51,560 nucleotides of DNA, taken from the IMG/VR virus record IMGVR_UViG_3300050119_000364, positions 1 to 51,560 of that record; one strand, 5' to 3'. Shown here piece by piece: positions 16,865 through 25,904 of the stretch. A program made the position numbers and the translations under genes. The DNA comes from a virus. Taxonomy: Duplodnaviria > Caudoviricetes. Position 1 is the stretch's first letter; every line of letters starts with the position of its first letter. Under the pieces are notes generated by a model, which had not been told where the DNA came from, made no database searches, and saw only the letters and a list, made by a program, of their open reading frames with translations.

Positions 16865-17386
16865 ATGCCCGCCATCGCGAAGGAAAGGCAGCAGTACCAC
16901 CTTTCCAAAGTCCGCTCCCTCATCGCGGAGAACCACCAGATCACCTTCGAAGAGATCGTCGAGCAGCTTGACCGCCGCTTCGGCTTGAAGTTCGACCGCG
17001 ACTACGTCACGAAGCTCGCGAAGAAGATATTTGTCGAGCGCACCAAGCGCGCTGACCGGCTGACGCTCAACTATGCGTTGGCCGCTTTTGACGATGCAAT
17101 GAACGCAGTGGTTCAGAAAGCGTGGGAGATTGCGAATGCCGACTACGTGAACCCTCAGGCCCGCGTCATGGCCCTCCGCGAGATCCGCGAGGCCCACAGC
17201 GCCGTCTTCGAGAAGCTCTTCGACGCCGGCGTCTTCGAGCGCAAGCTCGGCACCCTCGACGCCACGATCCGTAATACCCCGCTCCCCGAGGAACGAAAGC
17301 AGGCGATCCGCGTCGCCTTCGAGAACTGGGGCCTATTAGAAGCCCCGAAGGAGGATGTCCCACCCGCAAACACTCCAACAGCTTGA
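16865..17386 (+). CDS. Probable terminase small subunit
   Basis: HTH-like helical protein overlapping the terL start. Confidence 0.65.
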   Translation: MPAIAKERQQYHLSKVRSLIAENHQITFEEIVEQLDRRFGLKFDRDYVTKLAKKIFVERTKRADRLTLNYALAAFDDAMNAVVQKAWEIANADYVNPQARVMALREIREAHSAVFEKLFDAGVFERKLGTLDATIRNTPLPEERKQAIRVAFENWGLLEAPKEDVPPANTPTA

Positions 17387-18794
17387 CCCGTTCGATAACT
17401 TCGAGGCCCGCAAAGAGAGCAGAAAACACCTGCTCGGCTTTTCGCTGATCTACCTCACCGGCTACTTCACCGATCCTCCCGCAACCTTCCACGCACAGCT
17501 TGTCCACACACTTGAAGACGAGCATGAGCGCCGGGTCCTCATTCTCGGCTTCCGCGGCTCTGGCAAAAGCACGTTCGGCTCATTGGCCCTTCCCCTCTGG
17601 GCCGCGCTCGAATACCCCGAGAAATACCCCTTCATCATCCTCATCGCCGATTCGTCGCGGCAGGCGACCTTAAACATCTCGGCCATAAAGCACGAGCTTG
17701 AGACGAACACCCTCATCAAGCAGGACTACGGCGAGATCAAAGGGAACGTCATCGAGGACTTCAGCCTTCAGGGCGAAGGCGAGGAGTGGCAGAAGCAGAA
17801 CATCGTCCTTTCGAACGGCGTGCGCATCCTCGCCCGGTCGCGCGGCCAGAAGGTTCGCGGACTACGCCATCTCCAGCACCGGCCGAAGCTCATCGTCGTG
17901 GACGACCCGGAGGACGGCGAATGGGTGCGCACGAAGGAGAACCGCGACAAGACGGACCGCTGGCTCCATAGCGAGATCATGCCGGGCTTGGACGCCCGGA
18001 AGGGAAAGCTCGTCGTCATCGGGAACCTGCTGCACATGGACGCGCTGCTCTCACGCTTGAGAACGCCGGGCACGGGATTCACATGCCTCGAATTCCCACT
18101 CATCGACAAGGACGGCGTTTGCACGTGGCCCGCGATGTATCCCACGGAGCAGAGCCTCAAGGACAAGGAGCGCGACATGGGTGCGATCCCGTGGCAGCGG
18201 GAAATGCTCCTCAAGATCGTCTCGGACGACGAGGCGATCATAAAGCCGGAGGACATCCACTACTACGACGAACGGCCGGCCGGGATCGCCGCGATCAAGG
18301 GCCACGGCATCGACCTTGCGATCAGCCAGAAGGAAGGCGCAGACTACACGGCGATAGTCTCCGGCGAGGTGTTCTACGTCGAGAACGCGCCGAAGATCTA
18401 CATCCGGCCGAAGCCGTACAACGAGCACGTCACGTTCTTCAATTTCCTGCAGAAGGTCAGGAACATCCCCGGCGAGCTCGGCGGCGCGAACTTGTTCTTC
18501 GTGGAGGACGTGGCGTACCAAAAGGCGGCGATTCAGGAGATGGAACGCGCGCTATTACCCGTGGTCCCGATGAAGCCGCAGGGCGACAAGCGCGCCCGGC
18601 TGCAGGTGGTAGCGCCCTATATCAAGAACGGCACGGTACTATTCCCGCGCGCCGGATGCGAGGAACTGCTCGGGCAGATGTTCAATCTCGGCGTCGAGAG
18701 CCATGATGATTTAGTCGATGGCTGTAGCTATTTGCTTCAGGGCCTAGTCAATCAAGGGCTTGAATTGCCCAAAATCCATTGGATTGACACATAG
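17355..18794 (+). CDS. terL: Terminase large subunit
   Basis: GFRGSGKST Walker A, VRGL and IVVDDPE Walker B, GIDLA..DYTA and HDDLVD nuclease motifs. Confidence 0.95.
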   Translation: MSHPQTLQQLDPFDNFEARKESRKHLLGFSLIYLTGYFTDPPATFHAQLVHTLEDEHERRVLILGFRGSGKSTFGSLALPLWAALEYPEKYPFIILIADSSRQATLNISAIKHELETNTLIKQDYGEIKGNVIEDFSLQGEGEEWQKQNIVLSNGVRILARSRGQKVRGLRHLQHRPKLIVVDDPEDGEWVRTKENRDKTDRWLHSEIMPGLDARKGKLVVIGNLLHMDALLSRLRTPGTGFTCLEFPLIDKDGVCTWPAMYPTEQSLKDKERDMGAIPWQREMLLKIVSDDEAIIKPEDIHYYDERPAGIAAIKGHGIDLAISQKEGADYTAIVSGEVFYVENAPKIYIRPKPYNEHVTFFNFLQKVRNIPGELGGANLFFVEDVAYQKAAIQEMERALLPVVPMKPQGDKRARLQVVAPYIKNGTVLFPRAGCEELLGQMFNLGVESHDDLVDGCSYLLQGLVNQGLELPKIHWIDT

Positions 18795-18805
18795 ACCCGA
18801 GATAA

Positions 18806-18843
18806 TTATCCACTCTTGCAAACATCAATGCATCAGTCATACT
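18806..18843 (+). promoter_or_regulatory. TTATCCACT box plus promoter TTGCAA-N16-CATACT (leaderless)
   Basis: 6 nt between -10 and ATG 18850. Confidence 0.65.
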
Positions 18844-18849
18844 TTACAT

Positions 18850-19410
18850 ATGGCACTACTCTCGGTCGTGTACCGAGACAAAGTCTATAGGCGCAATCCG
18901 AACGCAAAGCAACGAGCTCACCGCGTCTATTACTGGTGCCATGACAAATGGAAACAAGCACCTCATTCGCTCCACCGCGACATGTGGATCGATGCTTACG
19001 GGCCGATCCCGCGCGGTATGCACGTTCATCACAAAGACGGCGATCCGTTCAACAATCGTCTCTCCAATTTTGAGCTTAAGCATGCTGGACAGCACATGCG
19101 CGATCACATGCGGGAGCCGCGTCGGCGCACAATATCTCGCAGGAACATCATAAAGTACGGCGTCCCCGCCGCGCGTGCTTGGCATAAATCTCCTGCAGGA
19201 ATCGCGTGGCATAAAAAACACGCTGAAGCGCAATGGAGAAACCCGAAGGTCTATACCCGCGTCTGTGAAGAGTGTAAGCGGCAGTTCAAAGCGTTCCACA
19301 AAGCCACACGACGATGCAGCGACCGATGTCAACAGCGATTCTTTCGCAGAACGAACCCCGGCTACTATGCCGCACGACGAAAAGCAGCCCGTCTTCAACC
19401 TACGCATTGA
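18850..19410 (+). CDS. HNH homing endonuclease
   Basis: LHRDMWIDAYGPIP and HVHHKDGDPFNNRLSNF motifs; C-terminal CEEC..CSDRC. Confidence 0.9.
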   Translation: MALLSVVYRDKVYRRNPNAKQRAHRVYYWCHDKWKQAPHSLHRDMWIDAYGPIPRGMHVHHKDGDPFNNRLSNFELKHAGQHMRDHMREPRRRTISRRNIIKYGVPAARAWHKSPAGIAWHKKHAEAQWRNPKVYTRVCEECKRQFKAFHKATRRCSDRCQQRFFRRTNPGYYAARRKAARLQPTH

Positions 19411-19425
19411 GTTACACTGTTGCGC

Positions 19426-19629
19426 ATGAACACCACTGAATTACTTTCCCAGATCGAAGCCGAGATTTCCCGCCTTAACCAAGTCCGCGCACTGCTTACC
19501 GGCACGAGCAACGGCGCACGCCATGTCGGCCGTCCCCCAAAGCGCAAGTTCACGATGAGCGCCGAGGGTCGCGCGAAGATCGCAGCGGCGCAGCGGAAGC
19601 GTTGGGCGAAGCAGAAGGCTGCGAAATAG
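19426..19629 (+). CDS. Small basic coiled-coil DNA-binding-like protein
   Basis: IEAEISRLNQVRALL, GRP and MSAEGRAKIAAAQRKRWAK; family recalled as abundant in Acidobacteria. Confidence 0.85.
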   Translation: MNTTELLSQIEAEISRLNQVRALLTGTSNGARHVGRPPKRKFTMSAEGRAKIAAAQRKRWAKQKAAK

Positions 19630-19633
19630 CCAC

Positions 19634-19671
19634 TTATCCACCCTTGCGAAATGTGGGGGGATTGCTACGCT
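19634..19671 (+). promoter_or_regulatory. TTATCCACC box plus promoter TTGCGA-N16-TACGCT for the head operon
   Basis: Element-wide pattern. Confidence 0.65.
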
Positions 19672-19688
19672 AAAGGTAATCCCTCCAC

Positions 19689-20081
19689 ATGCCACCCCTC
19701 AAGGCCACTCTGGCCCGCGAGATCAATAAGGCAGACATCACCGAAGCCGAAACGCTCGTGTTCGAAGGCCGCGTCCTTAAGCAGACCGGCAAGCAGACGA
19801 TGGAACCGGGCGAGTTCTATTTCCGGCCGACCATGGTTCCCGTGACGACGCAGCCGGGCTGGTTCGTGAAGCTTCTCGGCAAGAAACCGGTCAACGAGTT
19901 CAAAATCGTCCAGACGATCGTGATGGCGTGTCCCTACTGTTCGACGCCCATCATGACGACGACCGGCCATAAGATCGAACATTGCGCGCCGCTCACGATC
20001 TCCCGTGAGATCACGTGTCCTTATGCGCCGGATGCGCCGCATTCGTTCAAGGTCGTCGAAGGAACAATCATGACCGCGTAA
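19689..20081 (+). CDS. Zn-finger hypothetical protein
   Basis: CPYC and CPY..H motifs; abuts the portal gene. Confidence 0.7.
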   Translation: MPPLKATLAREINKADITEAETLVFEGRVLKQTGKQTMEPGEFYFRPTMVPVTTQPGWFVKLLGKKPVNEFKIVQTIVMACPYCSTPIMTTTGHKIEHCAPLTISREITCPYAPDAPHSFKVVEGTIMTA

Positions 20082-22427
20082 GTGGCTTCACCCTCACTCA
20101 ACTCCAAAGGCAAGCCCGGCTGGTTCCCGCGCCTCATGCGCGGCATTGCTTCGCGCATCGACCCCGAGCTCTATGAGCAGCCGCAGGGCGGATTGACGTT
20201 CAACCGGTACGGCCTCACGAAAGCCGTAGGCGGCAAGTTCGGTGACATCGACACGAGCGGCAACCAGTTCGCGATCGAGCGGCCGGGCGGCGGCCATCAC
20301 ATCGACCCGGAGAAGGCGCTCGCGAACAACCGCGGCTACGTCTATGCGGCGGTGAACGCGAAGGCACGCGAAGTGCAGAACATCGACTTCCGGCTTTTCG
20401 AAGTGGATGGCGAGGACCACCGCGAGAAGGAACAGCATCCGTTGCTCAATCTCTTGGACGGCGTGAACCCGGACATGATCGGGTCAGAGCTCAAGTACCT
20501 CGTCTCATCGCATCTCGACCTCGTGGGAAATTGCTATTGGCTCCTCACCGATACGAAGGGCAATCCGGTGAAGGATGATCTCACGAAGCCCGACGCGATC
20601 TACCTTCTCGACCCTTCGAAGGTTAATCCCGTGATCGACAAGGTTCACTTCCCGTACCGCATCGTTGGCTACAAGATGAAGCTCGAAACGCGTAACGTCG
20701 TCTTCGATCCCTCGTGCATCATCCACTTCCGTTCGCCCGACCCCATGAACTTCTTCGAGGGCCGCGGCATCGTGCAGGCTGGCGCGGAGTTCATCGACAA
20801 CGACAACTACGCGATGGAGTTCAACCGGAAGTTCTTCGTGAACGGCGCGCGCCCGGCAGGCTTCCTTGAAACGGAGATGGTCTCGGAGACGCAGGTTGAG
20901 TCCCTCAAGATCGGCTTCATGGACGTCCACGGCGGCATCGACAACATGCAGCGCGTCGGCGTGCTTCCGAAAGGCGTGAAGTGGGCGCCGGCTGGGTCAA
21001 GCCCGAAAGACATGGACTTCAAGAACCTCAGCGAAGACATGCGCGACCGCATCCTCGCCTTGTTTGGCGTGTCGAAGACGATCCTTGGCACGGCCGAATC
21101 GGACACGAACCGCGCGACGGCCGAGACCGCGGACTACGTCTTTTCGAAGCGCGTCGTGAAGCCCCACATGCAGCGCATCTGCGATTTCCTGAACGAGAAG
21201 CTCGTCCCGCGGTACGGCGACAACCTCTACGTCAGTTTCATCGATCCCGTGCCTGAGGACCGCGGAGCGCGCACGACCGAGATGCAAGCGGCCGTCGGGA
21301 GCCAGCCGATTCTCACGATCAACGAAGCGCGCGACGAGTTCATGGGCTTGGGGCCGGTCGAAGGCGGTGATGTGCTCATGGCCCCGAGCACGATGGGTCC
21401 GGTCGGAGAGCCCCAAGGTGACGGCGATGTTGCGCCGGAAGCAGCCGGAGGGAGCGATGCGGGCAAGATGCTTCGGAAAGCGATCGAAGCCAAGATTCAG
21501 AAAGCCGCGAACGGCCAGCGGGTGGCTTTCAGACCTGCGCGCACGAAGCTCGCGAGCAGGGCAAAGGCGCGCCAGACAATGGCGGACGAGCTTACAAAGA
21601 GCATCACCGAGGCGCTCACGAAGAACCTCGCCGGCAAGAAGTTTGAATCGACAAAAGAACAGGACGAGACGCGGTGGAAGGAGTTTAGCGAGTATACCGA
21701 GCAGGCCGAGCGTGACATCGCGGAGACGATGCGCAAGATTAACGGCGAGCAGAAGGCGGAAGTTATCGCGAACCTTCCCACGGCGATCGGCAAGGGCGTA
21801 AATCCCAAGGACCTTTTCAGCATCGACAAATGGATCTCGATCACGACGGACGCCGTGACGCCGATCATGGAAACGCTCTTCGAGCATCAGGCGCGGAGCG
21901 CGGCGGCCGACATCGGCAAGCCCGAGCTCAATCCCTTCAACGACACGACGCGCGCGGCCGTGAAGGCGGGCGTCCAGAAGATGTCCGAGAGCTACCAGCA
22001 GACGACGCTTGAGGTCCTTGAGACGAAGATCAACGACGGCTTGCAATCAGGCGCGCCGCTTGCGGACATCACGAAGACGGTTGAGGAAATCTATGAGTGG
22101 TCGGACACGAAGCGCGCAGCGATGGTCGCGAAAACGGAATCCTTCAGGACCGCAAACGCCGCGCTCAAGGACACATGGAAGCAGTCTGGCGTCGTAAAGA
22201 CCGTCCGCTGGTATACGAGCGAGCTTGCGAACGTCTGCGGCTTTTGCCAGTCCATGGACGGCAAAGTGGTAGGCATTGACGACAACTTCTTCAAGAACGG
22301 CGACAGCGTCACGGCCGACGTGAACGGCAGCGAGCAAAGCATGTCGCTCGACTACGGCGATGTGAGTGCGCCGCCCCTTCACCCGCTCTGCGCTTGCTTC
22401 ATACGGCCCGACACCGTCTCGATCTAA
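20082..22427 (+). CDS. Portal protein fused to MuF/minor head morphogenesis domain
   Basis: HK97-like portal motifs (VYAAVN, FFVNGARPAG, KDMDF, FGVS..LG, TINEAR); C-terminal VAKTES, CGFC and PPLHPLCAC. Confidence 0.92.
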   Translation: MASPSLNSKGKPGWFPRLMRGIASRIDPELYEQPQGGLTFNRYGLTKAVGGKFGDIDTSGNQFAIERPGGGHHIDPEKALANNRGYVYAAVNAKAREVQNIDFRLFEVDGEDHREKEQHPLLNLLDGVNPDMIGSELKYLVSSHLDLVGNCYWLLTDTKGNPVKDDLTKPDAIYLLDPSKVNPVIDKVHFPYRIVGYKMKLETRNVVFDPSCIIHFRSPDPMNFFEGRGIVQAGAEFIDNDNYAMEFNRKFFVNGARPAGFLETEMVSETQVESLKIGFMDVHGGIDNMQRVGVLPKGVKWAPAGSSPKDMDFKNLSEDMRDRILALFGVSKTILGTAESDTNRATAETADYVFSKRVVKPHMQRICDFLNEKLVPRYGDNLYVSFIDPVPEDRGARTTEMQAAVGSQPILTINEARDEFMGLGPVEGGDVLMAPSTMGPVGEPQGDGDVAPEAAGGSDAGKMLRKAIEAKIQKAANGQRVAFRPARTKLASRAKARQTMADELTKSITEALTKNLAGKKFESTKEQDETRWKEFSEYTEQAERDIAETMRKINGEQKAEVIANLPTAIGKGVNPKDLFSIDKWISITTDAVTPIMETLFEHQARSAAADIGKPELNPFNDTTRAAVKAGVQKMSESYQQTTLEVLETKINDGLQSGAPLADITKTVEEIYEWSDTKRAAMVAKTESFRTANAALKDTWKQSGVVKTVRWYTSELANVCGFCQSMDGKVVGIDDNFFKNGDSVTADVNGSEQSMSLDYGDVSAPPLHPLCACFIRPDTVSI

Positions 22428-22436
22428 TCACCGACG

Positions 22437-22997
22437 ATGACGCTCGACGCAGTACAGAACTTTATTAAGCTCACCGTAAGCACCGGCTACGGCGCGAGCG
22501 ACACAACCATCATCCTTTCATCGGGCGGATCATCGCTCCCCTCGCCATCGTTCAACGGTACGTGGTGGAATGCCACGGATTACCCCGATCCTTCCGATGA
22601 TCCGAACGCCGAGATCGTTCGCGTGACCGGCGTTTCCGGCAATACACTCACAATCACTCGCGCGCAGGAAGGCACGGCAGCATCGACCAAGAATGCCGCC
22701 GGAAAGACCTACAAACTCATCCTCGGGATCACGGCGAAGATGATAACGGACATCGGGTCGAACCTTCAGCAGCCGTGGAAATACGTGGATGTGGACGGCG
22801 TGATCGACGGCACGAACACCGTGTTCACGCTTCATGGAAGCATCACGCCGTTCGATTCCAATTCCATGCAGATCACCTTGGCGCGCCAGCCGCAGCTCCA
22901 AGGTATTGACTATGAGCTCAGCGGCACTACGATTACCTATATAACCCCACCCGACGCGAGTTTGGCCGGAAACCCGCATGTCGCGCAGTACCAATGA
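22437..22997 (+). CDS. Virion structural protein (fibre or whisker adaptor-like)
   Basis: EIVRVTGVSGNTLTITRAQEGT and GVIDGTNTVFTL..GIDYELSG motifs seen in phage structural proteins. Confidence 0.7.
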   Translation: MTLDAVQNFIKLTVSTGYGASDTTIILSSGGSSLPSPSFNGTWWNATDYPDPSDDPNAEIVRVTGVSGNTLTITRAQEGTAASTKNAAGKTYKLILGITAKMITDIGSNLQQPWKYVDVDGVIDGTNTVFTLHGSITPFDSNSMQITLARQPQLQGIDYELSGTTITYITPPDASLAGNPHVAQYQ

Positions 22998-25903
22998 AAC
23001 GCGTTGTACTCATCCTCCTCAGCATCATCGTCATTCTGTTTTTGATTTGGGGAGTTGACAGGGCCGTCGGCGCAGGGTGCAACCCCGCGGCACTCGGCGG
23101 GACCGGGACATGCACCGTTCCGAGCACTGGCGAACTTCCCATCGGCAACGGTTCGGGAAGCTATACCCCCGCGACCCTCACTCCCGGTGCCAACATCGTC
23201 ATCACGAACGCAAGCGGGAGCGTGACGATCGGGGTCACCGGCACCGCGACCGGCACCGTGTATCTCTTGCAAGCGGGACATGGCATTTCGCTCAGCCCGG
23301 CGTCGATCACTTCAAGCGGCACGATCGCGGTCAATACTTCAACCGTGATCGCCGATGTCGTGGCATCGGGCGAGTTCCTTCCTTCTAGCACGACCTACGT
23401 CGCAACCGTGAACGGCGAGAGCGGCGCCGTCACGATCGGGATCCCCGCGACGACGACCGTGAACGGCACGCAGGCAACGGTCTTCCACCTCATTGGCGAT
23501 GGTACGACCGTCACGAGCACGGTGAATGGAGCCACCACCACGTTCTCTGTCGTTACTACCGGCAACTGGGCTGGCACATGGCAAGGCGTAAACAGCTCGA
23601 CGTTCTACAAGGCGTCGAACCCGAGCGGCTATATCTCGGGCAACCAGACGATCACGTTCGTTGCCGAAGGCGACGCGACGGGGACCGCGACCGGCACGAC
23701 CATGATCAGCGATACGATGACGGTCACGGGCTTAGAGGGCAAAGCGCTCCCCGCCCTCGCCACGGGAACGCTGAAATACAGCGGCGGCGCGTGGACGTTC
23801 GACGGCAATACGTATCTCCCGTCGGGGATTAACGTGACGACGACAGGCCCGCTCGGCGGCGGCGGACCGCTTACGACCGCCGGCCTCACCCTCACCTGTG
23901 CGACCTGCCTTACGGGAAACCAGACGATCACGCTCACGGGCGCGGTGACGGGATCCGGGACGACATCCATCGCGACCGCCTACGCGACGAGCACGCTCTA
24001 CGCGCTCTTTTCCGGGACTGGCCCCATCACCTTCAACGCTTCGACGGGCGCGATCGGCTGGACGAACTCGCTGAACTACATCACGGGGGTCGCGGTGAAC
24101 GGGCAGTCCGGCACGAGCTTCAGCATCGTCGCAGGCTCGGGGCTTTCGTCCTCCATAAGCGGTACCACGACGACCTTGAGCCTCAATCTGAGCGCGGGCT
24201 GTACCGGCGGCAACTTCGTCCAGACGATCTCCGCGACCGGTACCATCACCTGCGCCATTCCGAGCGGCACGTTCACGACGACGACCGTGAATGGTACGGC
24301 CGCGCTTGCCTTTATTCTTCAGGGCGACGGTTCAACCATCACCTCCACCACTTCCGGCGCGACCACGACCTACTCCGTCATTCCGGGGGTGTATCTCACT
24401 CCCGCCTCGGGGACGGCGATGTTCTATCCGCTGAACTCAAACCCCGCCGGATATATCACATCAACCCCTCCAAAAACTGTCTATCTCGCCTCGACAACTC
24501 CGTGGACGATAGGGGGAATTGTCATCGCAAGTACGACGGGCGCAGTTACCACGATTCCAAGCACGACCTATTACCTCGCCACCAATCCTTCGGGTTTCAC
24601 CACGACCACCGTACAAGCTGCATTGAACGCGCTTTCGGCCGCCGGATGTTTGACCTATTCGACATCGACGGGGCAATTCACCGCGACGTGCCTTTCGACC
24701 TCCACCGCCGCGACCACCTACGTCCCTTATACGGGCGCGGGGGGGAACGTGAATCTCGGTGCGAATAGCATCACGGCCACCAATGGAGGGTTCTCTGGGA
24801 CAGGCGTGTTTGGTACGACGACTCAGCCGTCGTCGGATGGTGCGCTTGAATTGTATACTGCCGCCACTTTTCCCGGCGACGTAGGAATCAACATCCATAA
24901 TGATACTCAAAACAACCACGTCAGCTTCCAGCTTGAATCGGGGACATCCACACAAACCAAGTGGCAATTCTCCCAGCGGGGCAATGCGTCCTTCGCCTTC
25001 TACAACTATTACAACGGAAGCTGGATAGACCCTTTCACCATTACGGACGGACCCAATGGAGCGGTCGGATTCGGCGGGAGTGTGAACGAAACCACCCTCG
25101 CAGGCGCGACGCTTATCGCCAACTCAAGCACCGTTGCGATAAAGGACTCCCCGAACGCCAACACCCTCCATGTGAACGGTACTGCTGATTTTATAACGTC
25201 CGCTTCGGTGGGAACCTCAACCCAAAACGGGACGTTCTATGCCGTCGGCACTTCGTCCTTTATAGGCAACGTCGGCATCGGGGGATCCGCAACGTCAGCG
25301 GCGAAGCTCTATGTCTACGGGGGAAATATCGAAGTGAATCAAGACGGCAACGTCAATGACGGAGTGCTTATTGGTGACCTCGGTTCTACCTATCCCGGCA
25401 TTTGGTTCGGTGGGAACGCTACTTCAGCGAGTTATTACAATTATTCGTTCCTGTGGGATCCTGTGAAGGGGACGTTGCTCAATGCTCCTGCGGGGGTAAA
25501 CGGCATCACGTTCCGCATAGCGAACTCGTCCGTGGCGGGTATCAATGCGAATGGAATGGAAATTGGGGGCGGCGATATTACCACTTCCACCCCGCCAGCG
25601 GGTGTTTCCCTTAGAACCTACGGAGGCATCCAAGATTCAAGTTATCTTTCTGTTGGCACGACAGTTACCACGACCGCGACTTTGAACGTGGCGGGAACAT
25701 TAAATGTATCCCAGACTTCCACCCTTGCGACGACGACGGCAACGACACTAACCGTCGCCAACACGGGAACCGCGACCACCACCGTCATCGAAGGCACGGC
25801 ATCGTCCACCGTGTGCCATGTGATGTACGGCGGCGGCGCGGCCAGCTCATTCCAAGTCATCGCGGGATTCTCATATTTCTATTCAACCTCTAACTGCCAA
25901 TAA
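22994..25903 (+). CDS. Large Thr/Gly/Ser-rich fibre- or adhesin-like protein with N-terminal signal peptide or TM
   Basis: MKRVVLILLSIIVILFLIWG; repeated VNG, NP.GYI and NQTIT motifs; GNVGIG-type repeat. Confidence 0.8.
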   Translation: MKRVVLILLSIIVILFLIWGVDRAVGAGCNPAALGGTGTCTVPSTGELPIGNGSGSYTPATLTPGANIVITNASGSVTIGVTGTATGTVYLLQAGHGISLSPASITSSGTIAVNTSTVIADVVASGEFLPSSTTYVATVNGESGAVTIGIPATTTVNGTQATVFHLIGDGTTVTSTVNGATTTFSVVTTGNWAGTWQGVNSSTFYKASNPSGYISGNQTITFVAEGDATGTATGTTMISDTMTVTGLEGKALPALATGTLKYSGGAWTFDGNTYLPSGINVTTTGPLGGGGPLTTAGLTLTCATCLTGNQTITLTGAVTGSGTTSIATAYATSTLYALFSGTGPITFNASTGAIGWTNSLNYITGVAVNGQSGTSFSIVAGSGLSSSISGTTTTLSLNLSAGCTGGNFVQTISATGTITCAIPSGTFTTTTVNGTAALAFILQGDGSTITSTTSGATTTYSVIPGVYLTPASGTAMFYPLNSNPAGYITSTPPKTVYLASTTPWTIGGIVIASTTGAVTTIPSTTYYLATNPSGFTTTTVQAALNALSAAGCLTYSTSTGQFTATCLSTSTAATTYVPYTGAGGNVNLGANSITATNGGFSGTGVFGTTTQPSSDGALELYTAATFPGDVGINIHNDTQNNHVSFQLESGTSTQTKWQFSQRGNASFAFYNYYNGSWIDPFTITDGPNGAVGFGGSVNETTLAGATLIANSSTVAIKDSPNANTLHVNGTADFITSASVGTSTQNGTFYAVGTSSFIGNVGIGGSATSAAKLYVYGGNIEVNQDGNVNDGVLIGDLGSTYPGIWFGGNATSASYYNYSFLWDPVKGTLLNAPAGVNGITFRIANSSVAGINANGMEIGGGDITTSTPPAGVSLRTYGGIQDSSYLSVGTTVTTTATLNVAGTLNVSQTSTLATTTATTLTVANTGTATTTVIEGTASSTVCHVMYGGGAASSFQVIAGFSYFYSTSNCQ

Positions 25904-25904
25904 T

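Noticed and set aside
10236-22046. Long antisense ORFs such as 10236..11186 and 20997..22046
   Set aside because: Shadows of GC-rich codon usage on the strand opposite well-supported genes
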